A stretch of DNA of 64,000 nt from Podarcis bocagei (lineage: Eukaryota). The translations under genes were made by a program, and so were the position numbers. Shown one piece after another: positions 27,691 through 43,107 of this stretch. Where the stretch lies: assembly GCA_964188305.1 (NCBI GenBank), contig OZ076896.1, one strand, 5' to 3'. Position 1 is the stretch's first letter, and every line of letters starts with the position of its first letter. The notes below the pieces were generated by a model. That model was given only the letters and a program-made list of their open reading frames with translations, did not search any database and was not told the origin of the DNA.

Positions 27691-29199
27691 AACGCAGGCA
27701 TTTTAATAGAGTAAATAAATAAATACATCACACAACAAAAACAGCTACAATCTAAATGGGGCGAGTATCTAGTTTCATTTTTGCTTGGGTTTCCTACCTT
27801 TCAGTCTGGCCCTGCATTCTGTTCTCTCTCTAAATAAATAAATAATAAAGAAAATAAATTTCCCATTCTATTTCCTTACTTTAAATTTTTCACTGCCTTA
27901 AATATCCCCTTCTAGCAAAACATTTAAAGGAGAGAAAAAAATAGAACTATGGTCCAGAATATGTGCAAGATGGAAGAAAGAGCCCTACTATATTTAGGTA
28001 CATATTCTATGCCATAATAACCATCTGCAAAATTGCTTTCATCCGAGCACAGTATACAATGAACTGTAGCAAAGCTTTGGCATCATCACTGCAGGATTTA
28101 CTGTGTTTCTATCAAGGGCAGCACACTCAGAGAGCAAACAACAGTAACCCAGGGATTCCAGCTACAAGAGGAAATACAGGTTGCTATGTTACAATTCACG
28201 CAAGTCTTGCTGCAGCAGATGGACATTTTGAATAGAATTGGTGCCCATTTGGCTTCCGTTCATTGGACTTCTAAAAGTTAGGGTTCTAAATCAAACTGTC
28301 CACAAAATGTGTTCAGGTTGTAGAACATGTGGCTGAACACATTTTAGCATTTTGTGGGCTATCTGCGGTGCCAATATCCAGTCCTTGGAAAGGCTGGTGA
28401 AATCTCAGACCTTAATGTACTGCTATATAAGCCGCCCTTAACGGAAATTGATCCAAGGGTCACGGGGTCACAATTCAGCAAATTTCAGTGCGGTTCACTA
28501 ATTTTGATTCAGGGTTGCAGTCAGGAGTGACTGCAGCTTCCAAAGAGAGTCCTTTTTTATATCTCTAAAGTCTCAGGTGATACATGCCAGTTGAGGGGCA
28601 GTGGAAAGATTCCACTGCACCTTGTGCCAACGTAACTCAGAGAAACGCTATGCTTGAGTTATGCCCATGAATGAGCCATTGGATATGGTGGAAGCTCCAC
28701 TAGACTGGTGGAAAGTGAGATTTGCTGCTGCCATGACAGTCTTGCCCAAAAATACTGTGCCCAAAAATATTCACAACTAGAGTTGAAGCTCTGGGGGTCA
28801 ACAGGAGGCAGGAGGACATGTGAGAAAACATTTGCTGTTGCTGCGCTATGACACACACCAGCTGTGAGGTGGGGAGGCTGAGCAGCTTAAGCAAAGCCCT
28901 GCTGTGCCTCCAGTCTTTTCGGGACTTCCTCACTGATGTTCTCTTTGGGCTCCAGAAAGGGTTTCCTCAAGAGCTACGAAGAATCTCCAGCCGTCTCCAC
29001 CATTTCCATGTTTGAATCAAATTATTTATAATGCATGGGGACACCTGTATGACTCTTTTCCATTCCTTTGCAACGGGGTCAAAGGAACATTGGCTCCTAT
29101 GCTTTGCAATACTGCCTCAACTATATAGCTCCAATCTGCACACACAAAACCCCTAAAAGTAAAGCATTGCAGCTATGTTTTCTGTTCATGAAGCCGTGT

Positions 29200-29557
29200 A
29201 AAGGTAAAGGTAAAGGGACCCCCTGACCATTAGGTCCAGTCGTAACCGACTCTGGGGTTGCAGAGCTCATTTCGCTTTATTGGCCAAGGGAGCCGGCGTA
29301 CAGCTTCCGGGTCATGTGGCCAGCATGACTAAGCCGCTTCTGGTGAACCAGAGCAGCACACGGAAACGCCATTTACCTTTCTGCCGGAGTGGTACCTATT
29401 TATCTACTTGCACTTTGACATGCTTTTGAACTGCTAGGTTGGCAGGAGCAGGGACCGAGCAATGGGAGCTCACCCCGTTACGGGGATTCGAACCGCCGAC
29501 CTTCTGATTGGCAAGTCCTAGGCTCTGTGGTTTAATCCATAGCGCCACCCGCATCCC
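29200..29557 (-). mobile_element. Sauria SINE
   Basis: reverse complement of the 9386 copy, (AAAGGT)n tail. Confidence 0.92.
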
Positions 29558-32500
29558 TTACTGCCATTTTAATGCAACACTAGCAGAAAACTACATGCGT
29601 AGGTTGGTGAAACTAAGGCTTTGTTCCTCCACTATCGTAGGTTTGCATTTTCATTTGTTATATAATGTGTGAAGTGCAGGATCACACACATGCAACTAGT
29701 AGTGTTCCAAAACTTCTAGGGAGCTGGGCAAAATACCACCCTGTCTACATAAATTCTTGCACGTTGAATCCATGAACTCTAATTCACATGTGAAATTCCT
29801 CATAGGAGTGTGGAACTATCTTACATGGCCTGCCATTTGTCACAGCTTATGTAACAGTACCCCACCCCAGCTGCATCTGCTTCACTGAGATCACCTGGTG
29901 CTCAAATGAGATTTGATGCATAGCAAAGAATTTTTGTGTGAAATAATCAACTGAAGAATAAAGCCAGAGATTTTATTTTTTTCTGGGGGAGATGGAAGGA
30001 ATGGCTGCCCTTACGAGAGTCCCTCTGACAAATTGGTTTGGGCCCACATTGTCAACCAAATGACTTACCCAAATATGCATTCATTTTGGAGTGAACACCA
30101 GGTTAAAGAAGTCCATATGGAACATGAAGGAAGCTTTGTTCAGGATGGACAAAACAATGAAGCTATTGACAGTGTATGGTTGCATTGTGGAATTTTGCTA
30201 TTACAACCTGGGCAGCTTTAAGGGAAAATAGATAAATTCATGGACAATAGGGTTCCCAATGGCTACTAGCCATGATGCATGTATGACCTCCACTGTCGGA
30301 GGCAGCTTGTCTCTGAATACCAGTTGATGGAAGTGAAGCAGGAGATTGCTTCTGTTTTCATGCCCTACTTGCGGGCTTCTCATGTGCATCAGGTTGGGTT
30401 CGCCACTGTGGGAATGTGGAATGCTGGACAATATGTTCCGTCTTGTAGCTGAACTGCCTTAACTTCCAAAACAATTTGCAGCAGTGTCTGATCCCAGTGT
30501 TTTGTCCCTAATATGGCCATTGCTCCTTCCATATTTTTTTTTAAAGGAAGATAAGGCTGCCGATTTTTGAAAGGGTGTTAATGACAATCATTTAACCCCC
30601 ACAGGCACCTGCTGTTTGCAGAACTGGGACAGCCGCTCTCTTGATTAATGAGGACTTGTATAAATAATAGATTAAAGTGGAGAAATTTCCCCAAGATATC
30701 ACTCTTCCATGTTCAAAGATGAGATGGTTTTGAAAATGGAAGATTTACAACTGGTAATACAGGATAATTTTTAGTTTAATACAGCAATCCATGAAGCTAA
30801 AAGCTCCAGCTGTGATCCTTCTACCGGTTGCCAAAAAGGCATTCAACAATATCAAATGACATTATCTATTTCCTGCATTAGGAAGAACTGGATTTCATCC
30901 CTACTTTCTTCATTTGATAAAGATGACTAAATCTTTCAAATTAAAACCGGGTCCACAGAACACAATTATTACATCAAGACCCCTGTGTACCTTGTCTCCC
31001 AGAATTTTTCCATGCCTGATGCCAAACAATGCCAGGTTTTGTTGGATGCAGAGTGTTGGGGTTTTTTAAATGGGTTTTGTTGTTGTTGTTAGGGATCAAT
31101 TGTGTAAAAGCAATTTGCATTACATACTTCTATTTGCAAGATTTCATGAGTTCATGATAATTTAGGGTGTTTTGTAATGGAATGCTCAGCGGTGTAAAGA
31201 AGTTGGAGTCTTGATGGCTAGGGAAAGAAAGATATGAAATTGTGGAAGGAAAGAGTGAAATCATGGAAGGAAAGAGTAAAAAAGCTGCAATGCTGCTCCC
31301 ATTTTGGCTGTTTAATTGGTATGCAGTTATCTAGATTTGCTCCTGCAGAGGAGAAGAAAAGGAATGTCAGTCTGATAGATAAATAAATAAATACATATTG
31401 TGGGCCAACAAACAGTGAAGCATGGAGGGGAATCAGAAAATGAACTGCCAGGGGCCAATTTGTGGGGTAAGATAAAACCACAATATTTTACTGCAGGCAT
31501 GGGTCATAGCTCTGTCGACCGACCTGCCACTAGTTGATGTGCTGTCACCTCACAGTGGGAGCTGACTGATATTGGGGCCCACCACAATGTGAACAGCTTC
31601 CAGTGGATCCCATCAGGAAGCTTAGTATGGGGTGCTATGGCTAGTCAGGCCCCAAGCTCATTCTGGACAGAAGAGCTACCCTCCAGATCCTGTCATCTCA
31701 GCATCCAGCCCAAGGTCTCTCCCATAACCCCAAGGTGTGACAAGAATGGAACTAATGAGAACACTCCATTTTGTGCCATTACTATGAGGCAGGCGAAAAC
31801 CCCACAGAACCAAGGTCAATCATACTGTGGGTAAAAATTCCCGCCTGGCCCTAAGAACCAGCAACCAACTGATGCTGATAGCAGTGCTGCAGGTGGCATT
31901 CTCCTTCCATAAAGAGAATGAACTGAATTAAAACTAGATACTGAGAAAGGTTTGTGTGGAGAAGCCTTTTTAAACTAAGGTGAAGCGAACAGGTAGAGGC
32001 CGCTTGGAGTAGAGCAGTCCAAGAGAGTCTTTGATGAGGTCCACTTCCAGGCCCTGCCCACAGGAACAAGAACACTACTCCTGATTGGCTCCCTGGTGAG
32101 AGGGGCCAAGACTGGAGCAGACCACGTAGGAAACTGGTTGCTGCCCCTCTCCACTCAGAATGCCACCACAGATGAGACTACCCAGTGAGTTGGAGAACTT
32201 GGCCTGCATAGAACTTTTGTATCCCAAGCCATGAGATCTAACGGTTATAAAGTCCAATGAATATCAGAAATTGCCATACACAGACAGTAGGAAATATGTA
32301 ATTTTCATCTGTTAAAAAAAAACGTTTCTAGTCAGCCTAAACCTTAATGAATGGTGAAGTAGAACTTTGGATAATTTCAATATAACAACAGCAACAAAAG
32401 AATCAATATTAATGCCAGCAAAATTGCTCCAGCTTGCAGCAGAGTCCCATGATAACCAAGGTTAGTTAATAAACTATGGCAGGTAAATAATATTTTTGCC

Positions 32501-34994
32501 CAGTGCTCATAGAACGTCATACCTTTTAATGAGCAGTTTATGGGCATCAATAAATCACTATGAATAATTGTGCTGGCATTGCAAATTCAGTCAAATACTG
32601 TGAGCGACACTTTTAAATAAAAGGTTCCGAGCTGAAAGTAAAAGAAAAGAAAGAAAACTAATAAGGTTTAAGAGAACTAACGTCACTAAACACTGATTTG
32701 AGAATCTCTAGGGCTGCTGAGGTTAAATGGGGAAGGAGTAACTAGAGTTGGTAATGCCACAGTGGCTAGAATACTAGCATGGGTGTTACCTCCTGAAAGT
32801 GGAATCAATATTACTTGGAGGGCTAATATAGTAACTACAGTACGCCAGATGCTCTTCCTGGAAATGGAGTAAAAAGGAAGAAGAATGGGCAGGTTTGTGT
32901 GCTGGAGAAATGAAAGTCACAAAATACCATAAACAATCTTATGTCTATTAAAGTTTATCTTAAGACATCTAATAGCCATTATCCCCAACATACGCTTCCC
33001 ACTCTAACAGATCCTTCTACTCCAGAGACAAATGGGGAGATTCCTGTTGTGGTCAAGTCCTGCTTGTGGACTTCCCATAGGCACCTGGTTGGCCATGGGA
33101 TACTGAGCGAGATGAGTCATTGACCTGTTCCACCAGGTTCCTCTTATGTCATGCCAACCTTTTTTGATTTGAGGGCTTCATTTCCTTGTGGGCGACTTCC
33201 AAGGAGCCACATGACAGCGCAGTAGGCTACATTCTAAGCTTGCAGAAGTCACAGGTTTATCCATGCATTGCTCCATCCAGGCAAGCAAGAAGCATTATCG
33301 CAGTGCAAGGACCAGGCAAAAGCACAGAAGGTGCAGAGCAGGGATGGTGAATGGTGTAGCTTGGAAAGATGGAGCGCGGCCAAGGGAACATTGTGAAGGT
33401 CTGATGGGCCTCAGTTCCCACCCCACTTCTATTCCATTCCCCAAATACATTCTTCTCATAATAGATGTATATCCATAATTGCAAGAAGAAAAGGAAGAGG
33501 AACTAAAGGAAAGATACAATAGAAAGGGAGGCTTTTTCATTGGCTTCCCATGAAATACTTAATTAAATTCATCATATGTTTCCCTCTTCAATGAGTTTCT
33601 AAAATAAGTGGGCATAAATTTTATACATTGACCCAACTTCTCAGTAATCATCCAATGATCGGACACCATGCATTCCATATATTACAGAAACGTTGCTTGT
33701 TTCTAGGCAAAGTCTAGACACTGGGGAAGTTTTCTTTTTTCTTTTTTTACTCAGAAAAAGCACTTTAAAATATATCATTTGGAATTTGGCCATTAGAATG
33801 GTAACTTCAAGGTTTTCGCTAAGTCCCAGTATATCGTGTGGCACTGTCTTCCTTAGTTTCTATTGCCATTCTGAAAGGATAAAGTCATTTGACTTCTAAG
33901 CAAGTTGATCCCTTCATTCAGTAGAGCAGGATGAGGAAGGCTGATAGGCTTATCCTTCTCCACTTCTTCCTGCACTAACCTTGAAAGTAAATTGATACCT
34001 AACACTCATACAATGCTAGTGGAGGAAGAATAAAATGGCAATATAAATGGGCTCTGGAATCCATATTAATAATTCCTTAGTGTTTGACTTTTGCTGTGAA
34101 ACTCAGATTTTCTATTTGCAATATCATTTCAGTCATAGAAGGCTGCATTAGTTCAACAGGAGCCCAAGCTAAGCTTGTGGAATAGGATCTTTCCCTAGCT
34201 ATGCTTGTAGATTCAAACACTTCTGCAGAAGAATTGCAAGGGAGTTCCAAACTTTAAGCTGTGTGGGTGTAGATTGCACTATGCCAAGCAGTCACCATCA
34301 GCAGTATTAGGTTATTAGCTCAACCTAGAAGGTAATGAGGAAGGAGTGAGGAACCTTTCTTACCCTGTGGGCCAGATTACCTCACTGGGAAACAGTCAGG
34401 GGCCACATTCCAGCCATTAACAGGGCAGCGGCCTTGTATGTCAGACTGTTGTCTCTGCTGTGTATGTCTTGCACCTTTCCTTCGGACCACCCCTTTCCTC
34501 CAGAGGTGTGCTTTTTCTGCAGTTTTTCAGTTACCACAGCTCAAATAGACATTACAGCCAGGCAAATGGGAGAAAATATGCAGGATTTTTAATGTTATTA
34601 CTATTTTACAATTATCATGCACTTCCCAAGAGAAACACATTATTCTACCTTCCTCATTTAAATACCACTCTTGCTAGTGCAAGAAACATACAACCAAGTT
34701 TCATCCACACTTTCACTTGCTCGGCCACTTTCCCTGGGAAAACCTTCCGTTTGGCACTGAATCGAAGCAAACATCAATTGGGTTTTCCACAGACTGATAT
34801 TCAGTCTGAATGGGTTTTCCCAGGGAAAGCAGTGGGGCACACAGAAAGCTGCTCAGACCCATGCCCAGAAAGCACATGGCAAACAGAAAACCATGCTTTC
34901 TAGGAGTGGAACAGGTGGACGTTACAATATTCCCCCCTACCACAGACACTCTGGCCAATCACTGCTCCCATGACCATGTGTTTACCAAAGCTTA

Positions 34995-35362
34995 AAGGTA
35001 AAGGTAAAGGACCCCTGACAGTTAAGTCCAGTCCTGGACAACTCTGGGTTTGCAGCGCTCATCTCGTTTTACTGGCCAAGGTAGCTGACATTTGTCCGCA
35101 GACAGTTTTTCCGGGTCATGTGGCTAGCATGACTAAGCTGCTTCTGGCGAAACCAGAGCAGTGCACAGAAATGCCGTTTACCTTCCCGCCACAGTGGTAC
35201 CTATTTATCTACTTGCACTTTGATGTGCTTTTGAACTGCTAGGTTGGCAGGAGCAGGGACCGAGCAATGGGAGCTCACCCCATCATGGGGATTCAAACTG
35301 CCAACCTTCTGATCGCCAAGCCCTAGACGCAGTGGTTTACACCACAGTGCCACCTGCGTCCC
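34995..35362 (-). mobile_element. Sauria SINE
   Basis: homology plus 13-bp TSD TTACCAAAGCTTA (34982-34994, 35363-35375). Confidence 0.93.
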
Positions 35363-38300
35363 TTACCAAAGCTTACCATACTGATTTAAAGTTTAGACAT
35401 GACCAAGCAGAGAGCTGCCTTGGGAGAAGGAGAGGTAGAGAGAGTGCTTTCAGGGTCATTCTGGAGCACTGCCAGGAGACCCAATACACTGAGTGCTTCA
35501 GAGCAGTGCCGACAGCAGCTAAACACAGCAGAGCATCCCAGAAGTGCCTTTGAATCACTGCCTTTTCAATGCTGTATTTTCAATGCAACTGACTGCAGCT
35601 GCTAAGATAATTGAGCAGGGAGTGGCATGGGTCTAGTTTTGGGCCAGTGGGTTGGTGAGGGAGAAGACCTAAGGAAAATGCCAAGGTCTGGATTAAGAGA
35701 CCTGTGGGAGTAGATTTGGGCCATAGGTTTCCCATCCCTAGGGAACATAAACTACTCATCATGACCTACAGAGTCAGCCTTTAATTTCACAGGAGGAATG
35801 CTACACCATGGATTCTCCTCAGCCTCTCTGCAGCTTTCAATATTGTTGACTATGGTACCCTAGAATAACTCTATGAGTTGGGGGCAGTGTGTTTATACTG
35901 GTTTCACTCTTACTAGCAAAGCGACTACCAGAAAATATCATTGGGAGATTCCTGAATGGGCCAGTGTGTCAAGCAAGACAGTGACACAAGATGGGTATTC
36001 TTAGTGGGAGCACCCATTTATGTTACTCCCTCTCAACTGAGATATGACAGCCTTCCACATTAGCTGTTTTTAGAAGACTTTTGAACACATATTTATTTCT
36101 TCAAATCTTTGGAACCTAGTGATGCTACTGACTGGACCATCCAACCAAGTCTTTTCTTTGGTAACATCTTTATTTAAATGAAATGAGGAACAATATTTAA
36201 GTTAGTTCTCTTCACTGTGTCTTGCAACGTTATGATGTTGCAAATTGTCTCTTGCTCCCATGGGTTTCGGGAGGAGAGGCCTCCAGTCATTGAAGGTGCT
36301 AGGAGCTACAATTGCCAGAGGGTAATTTAATAATATGCAGCAGCAGCAGCAACGACTTTGCACTAGCTGGAAGAAATTTCTTAGAATTCTCTGAGACATC
36401 TTCTAAATACTGTGCCAATTCCAAATTAAGCCAAGGGAAGTTTACCCATCATTAGTTCTCATCAAGCTGGGGAAATGCACGTGGACGTCTGCTTCTAGCT
36501 GGGCATGCTTCCTACCTGGATCATAGCAGATGAAATTAGTAGTCACCAGCTCCATAGTGGGAATGACCTGCTCCATTTGCCTCCCATAAGATGTCGTGCT
36601 GCTAATACCAATTGCCACTGCCATGCCTTCCTGTAGGGCACAGTGCTGACATTTCCAGCTGTTTGAATAAAACTGATGCAACATCCAATCAATTTGTGGT
36701 AACCTTGGAAGCAGAACAATTACATCTGCATTTATGCATTTTCTTAGAGGTATGTATGAACCAGTTGTCATTTAAGACTGGACGAGGGTTGGTTTGTGCC
36801 AATACAATTAAACCTGCTTAAAAATGTATTTGCAGTTAAGCCAAGGACAGTCCTTAGGGGCTGCCACATCACAAGATCACTGTGCAAGGGAGCTTTATTT
36901 CGAAAAGACGTGGAAGGTGTTTCATTAAAGAAATACTTAGATTGCGAAGTATTTTATTAACATGCAGAACAAGTGACACAAGGAAACACAGTGAAACAGA
37001 AATGCCATTTTGTAGTGGCACTTAATTTTAATGAAAGTTAATGGGACTTTGGTGAGTAAACATAAGGGCTGGCATGGAATTTCTCCCCATAAATATACAA
37101 TTCTACTCATGGGGATCCATAATAGCTTTCTCTGAACAGTTCCTTTGTTCATATACTGTTACAAGTGTTCATTTATATTCACAGCTTCATGAAGTCTTAT
37201 TTTCTGGTTATCCTAAACCATTTTATCAGTTGTGTGTAACTCTTTAACTAAAGTTTCCAAGAGGCAGATAGCCATAGAAAAAATGTGGTTTTCTACCCAG
37301 GAAACCCCTCACATAAACCCTGAATTTCACTTGGCACATCACATGTATAAAATAGAAAAGAGTAAGGTTGCAACACACTTTTGGCTGAGTAAGTCTCATG
37401 CACTCACAGTGCTATCCATACCCAAGATCCAGTAGGATGAGCAAGTTTGGAATAGACTGATCTTGGGCTGTCGTGGGTGTGTTGCAGCTGAGCCAAGGCG
37501 ACACTGGCATAACTCCCTCAACCCAGCTGAGATGGGGCTTAACTGGTGGAACTTAAACCAGCAGAATTTACACTGCTGTGAATCCCAGAAAGGGAGAGGC
37601 TGGGGCATGGCATAGGCAGGACACAGCAAGAAATGTAAGACTAAACAATCATACACAGAGGCCTATAGGTACTGTTGACTAATGTTTCTTCTTTTAAAAA
37701 GTGGGAAGCATTGCCCAAAAATACAGCTTTGAGATTTTGCGAGACTCTAAAATGATCTAACCAAACTGAACATTTTGTACAGCCTTCATAACATTAACAA
37801 ACTACTGCCTTAGGTACAATAAATGGTAGATATATTAAAAGTGACTTGTGCAGTCAATATCTGGAATGAAACAGCTAGTTTCATCTTGTCCAATTTTTAC
37901 ATTACTCTTCATTTTCCTTGGGAACTACAGTGCTGCAACACGTTCAGTAAAACACTTCCTCGCAAAATGATCTGTTTTATCTGTCACCAAGAAGGAATGC
38001 ATTTTCACTGCTTTAGTGCCATGACATGCATCCTTCATTTTATTTTAATTTAGTCATTGGAATCCTAATGATCGAAGCCATTCCAGGCAGTCCCATCAAT
38101 TACATCAGGGATCTCATTCAAGGGTGAATGATGAGTCCTTTTCTCTGTTGCTTAGAGGTCAGCAATAATTCCCAGACTTCTCCCTGAGTGTACAAATACT
38201 GCAGTATTTTAGTATATCCCTTCCATTTTTCTTAATGCCACACTATTATTACTTTTCATAAAGTGCTACCTTTATCATAAAACTTCTCGTGTTTTATGAC

Positions 38301-38702
38301 AAACTCCACGATGAGCAGAGCACAAACGATTTTGCTTCCATCCAGTTTGATTAATTCAATTGCATCAGGTGTGCTAGGTTTCAGAGTGAATTCAGCGAAG
38401 GAGATAGCGCATCAGAAAGGGCCCGTCCTCGTAAACCTGATGCAGTAAATCAAGCACATTGCAATGAATTACATCAGAAGTAATATTTAGCATCTTAACG
38501 ACACTTTTTGGGTTGCTATTTGTCAAAAGATGAATGATCAGAATTATCTCTGTATATATTTTCCTGATTGTCTGCAGCAAATAGGGATTAGCCAGTGGAA
38601 TTCACAGAGATGGCAGGACTTTAAATCATCATACACAGCTGGAAAAAGTTAACGGTGAAAGTTGAAGGGATTGTCACAGAACTGTATGCTACAAGTACGA
38701 AT

Positions 38703-39000
38703 GATAATAATAATAATAATTTTATTTTTTTACACGCCACCCATCTGACGGGGTTGCTCAAGCCACTCTGAGCAGCTTTCAACAAAATATAAAAACACAG
38801 TAAAATATCAAACATTAAAAACTTCCCTATACAGGGCTGCCTTCAGATGTCTTCTAAAAGTCAGGTAGTTGTTTATCTGCTTGACATCTGGTGGGAGGGC
38901 GTTCCACAGGGCGGATGCCACTACCGAGAAGACCCTCTGCCTGGTTCCTTTTAACTTTGCTTCTCGCAGTGAGGGAACCGCCGGAAGGCCCTCAGAGCTG
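38703..39000 (-). mobile_element. L2-clade LINE 3' fragment
   Basis: highly similar to 24290-24800 without the MITE; (TAA)n tail. Confidence 0.85.
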
Positions 39001-42000
39001 CACTTGAGGCAAATGTGCAGTTAGAACCCCCAGTATCTCTTTATTTACAATGGGGGTGTGGTTGTTCTTTTGGCTGAAGGTCTTCATGCCCTGTTGGCCA
39101 ACTTTCTAAAGGCCATATGCCAGAGGTGGGTATGGTCAAAGAAGAAGTGGACATAGCAAAAGGTAGTAAGACAGATTGAAAGACATACCAAACAACTCCC
39201 TCCCTCTCTCACACACACACCGTATCCACACACCTGAGAATTAGGAATCCATCCATTGGAAGCATCACCAGTTAATAGTACTTCTTAAGCACTTATTTTT
39301 CTCGAGAGTTTGTCCCATTCCAGCTTCCCTTGCTTCACTGAGAGCAGTGGTGGTGATTTAGGATAAAGGTGTTGTTGAACAGGAATTTCACCCTCCTCCT
39401 TCATCTTATAACTATCACAACATATGGAAGATCATACCTCTATATTCTGCTTAAATTAATCTGGGTAGCTACTTATCCCTGAGTCAGAACTCAGTGCTCA
39501 CAGATCTATCCTTAAGGGAGGTTTCAAATGGCACAACATAATTAGGTCACTGCATGTATGTAACTGCCTGAAGCAAGTTTATGATGGGTTGCTAACCTGA
39601 AACTACTTGAGGGCAGAAAGACTTGCACTCACTCTGAATTAGTTTACCGACAGCATCACAGCCAAATCTGATTAGCGACAAATCCAATTCCGGGTAAAGA
39701 TGGGAAGCCCAGTTGTCCCATGAAAAACTATTGTGTATGGCTTTCATTCCTTAAAAAAATGCTGAAAATGTCTCTATACTGACAAAAGTTGTACAAAAGA
39801 AGCATGTTGATTGGGTAGAGATTGTGTTCACTTTCCACTATGGAAAGGAAGCATGATTTTAATTTATTCATTGCCTTTTTTAACTGGAAAAAAAATAGTT
39901 TCAAAGTGACTTGCAGCAATTTAAGAATACAAACATACCATAAAATAGCCAAAAGCAATAAAATTATACATAGTACTAAAATGTTCATCAAGCAGCAATT
40001 AACAAGGAAAATATTCTCCACCGCCCAACTAAAAATGAACACCAAGTTCAGGCCAAAAATGAAACTACATCAAGATCCAAATGTCTGGGGGAAACAATAA
40101 AGTCTTTCCCTAAACATCAACATATATGTCTAATTCCAACAAATCTACTGGGATCTAGTCAAGTTGAAGTGGCTCCCATGACACTTTGATGATATATGAA
40201 TTGGTCCTAAATATGATTAGGAATTATGTAAGAATGCATTGAATGCAGGCAGAAAAGTGAACTTAATTTAATATACTTTAAGTGACTATGAATACTATTT
40301 GAGGATAGTATTTATTCTGGATTAATCAGCATGAAATAATTGTGCTACTAATATCGAGTCCAATTAATGTGGCCAAGTTACTCCTTTCCCACAGTAATAT
40401 GCACAATTAGAGTGTGTAAACGCTGGAAAAATGTGAGAACAATATTGGCATGACATTGACCACATCAGCTATCTGCCCACATGGCTCCTTTCCACGGATG
40501 TTGAGAAAGAGATGTGAGATCTATACAGTACACACACCAGGATTTTTATAGGGTGGTAAGACTAGCTAGTCAATGTTAAGTGATCTTGAGTATAGTTCCC
40601 TTCACTGATACACTTCTTTCCTCTTTTCCTTCCCACATGCAGGTGTTTCTCCGTACTTTGAAGTTCAAAACCATTCACTGAGTTGATTGGGGAAAAGAAA
40701 AGAAAACCTAATGCACATTTAAATGCTTTTGTGGCCCAATAGAAAAAGAAGGTTCAGAAGCAAAGAAATGGTGCTTATTTGCATGATAAATACCACAAAG
40801 CACTCTTACCTGATAATCATACTCTGGGAAAAGAAATGCCAGAGTTAGAGTTGATTCCAAGAAGACTGAGTCACTTTTCGAGAGTGACTCACTTCCCTAC
40901 AGTGAATTTTGCAGACAAAATTGTTGAGACCTTTCCCCCCATATTTATCCACGATTGCTGTAGCAAACAATGCCTTCTTTATAATAAGCTACTGTATGGC
41001 TTAATTACCTTTCCCTATTCATGCAGCTGCACTTTGGAACCTTTTTTGTCTCTTGCTTCTTTAATGAAGCTCTCCTTTATAATACGCTCTATTATAATTC
41101 CGTGCTTCATGTTCCAACTATGTATTATCTTCATTACCTTCTAGCGTGCTCGGCTCCCAAGGATAATGGTGAAACAGAATATTCATAAAACTAACCTCTA
41201 AAAGTCTTGAATCACTTCTTCTTTGAGGTGAATTGCTAATACAGGAGGCCAATTCTGCGAATTCCTCAATGTGAATGCAAGACTATAGGCAGGTATTGAG
41301 CTGCAAACATTCTGTTATCCCAATTATTTCAAGGTTATTGGGGTCCAGCTGTGTCAAGAAAAGAGCTAAAGTTGATACCCCCACCCACCCCCCGAAACCC
41401 AGCTATTCTTGTGAAAATCAAATTCATTGGAGCATGTACCCAAATTTTCATGAACTACTTTTTTTAATACTAGTAAAATGGACAGAAAGTGGTAGAATTT
41501 GTATACTAAACAGAAATGTGGCTTTGAAAATCTGAAACGGTAAATGAGTGCAAGTTGTTCTTCTCTATATTCCCATATTAGTTGCTGGATTTTTGCTTCC
41601 AGGCCTGATAAGCAATATTTGCCCCTCAGTAGCTGTGTATGCAGATAAGACTTATGGTGTGTTGAATGGTGGAGTGTGTTTGTATGTCACAAAATCACTG
41701 GTGGTGCCTAAAGAAGCAATAGTCCACTAACATGTATGCCTCCTCCTCTTTCCTTCTCCTGTACTCACACTGAATTTGAATGGTTCATTTATTCCTCCAT
41801 CGCTACTGTGGTGAGCACAACTGAGAATTGTAACCAATTCCTCCTGTGCCACTACTATATCAAGAGATGGAAACTGAAGAGGTAGATCCCAAGAGCTTGT
41901 GACATCCTGTTTTGGCCCATGACTTGCAGCACTAGTACCAGCAGCCACTATGAAGAGCTTCCTTGCAAAGGAGAGTTCTTTCAACAACAGCCTAGATGTC

Positions 42001-43107
42001 AGGAATGAGCCAGCTCCAAGCAAAAGTTTGCTGCTAACTGCAGAAAACAGCCAGGAATAGAGAGGCTGCTTTGATGTTAGCCAGACAGAGGAAAGCCGGC
42101 AGCTGCATAATCCGGCTCCTCTTAACCTTGATGTGCAAGCTGATAAGACAGGAACAGAGAGCTGGCTAGAACGCGGTCAAAGCTCGCAGGAAACACAAAC
42201 AGGCGGGAAAGGGTTAAGAGACAGCCTCTCAGATAATGGGGAAGAGGTGGGAGCTGACCCACTCTCTCTGACGTCTCAGCGAATGGGAGGTTTGCAAGAT
42301 AGGAAGCAAAATAAAAGCTGCCAGAAGCAAAAGTTCAGTTTCTTCTGGTCATGCCGGAAGCAGTCTTTAGAAGGGTCATCTTGAGTAATAATGCCAGAGG
42401 CTTTGTTAGAGCAGTCCAGAGCTATCTGTTTCTTTTTGCAATAAATCCTCCTTTTTAATTAGCTATGCTTACTGTGTTATCAAGCTGACTCTAGAAGGCA
42501 AAGAGGGCAAAGAGGATGCCATGGTGCTGAGTAGGCAAAGCTGGCTGCTGATTTGGTGTGGATAGGTTGTGACGATTCCCTAGTGCACCCCTCAGCATCC
42601 CAGTACCGGTGGCAAGCAAAGCCAGAAGCTCCCAATCTGGTGCCTACCCCAGGTGCATAGGCATGACTTTTTGAGATAGTTTTCTACGTAGATTGAGACA
42701 TGGCTAGCTTCTACATTTGAAAAAGGCCACCACCATTATATTATGTGCCCTGCTCCATATTGGCTTTCAGTGTTACTGATGCAATGGACCTACTCAAGTA
42801 CTTCATTCTCTACTAAAAATGTACCTAGCCTTGTGGACATGCCTATACAGAGACATAAATCAAAATAAAGATAGTCTTTGGTGACCAGTCATCAATGGTC
42901 CCCCTGCCAGTTCATGGGTCCTAGCGTCTGCCTATGATGCTCACTAAGGTGAGCTTGGCCAGCAACTCATAAACCCTTACAGAGAAATAACTTTGAATGC
43001 ACTGGAACCTGTACAAACCTGCCCAAAGATTTAAAAAGGCAGGTGATTACTGGAGATAGGCCCTTCCTAATTGTGGTAACCCACTCCTGGCATGTTCTTC
43101 CTAAATA

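Noticed and set aside
41900-42480. Possible Gypsy/ERV LTR fragment
   Set aside because: Composition is suggestive, but I could not establish termini, TSD or a second copy
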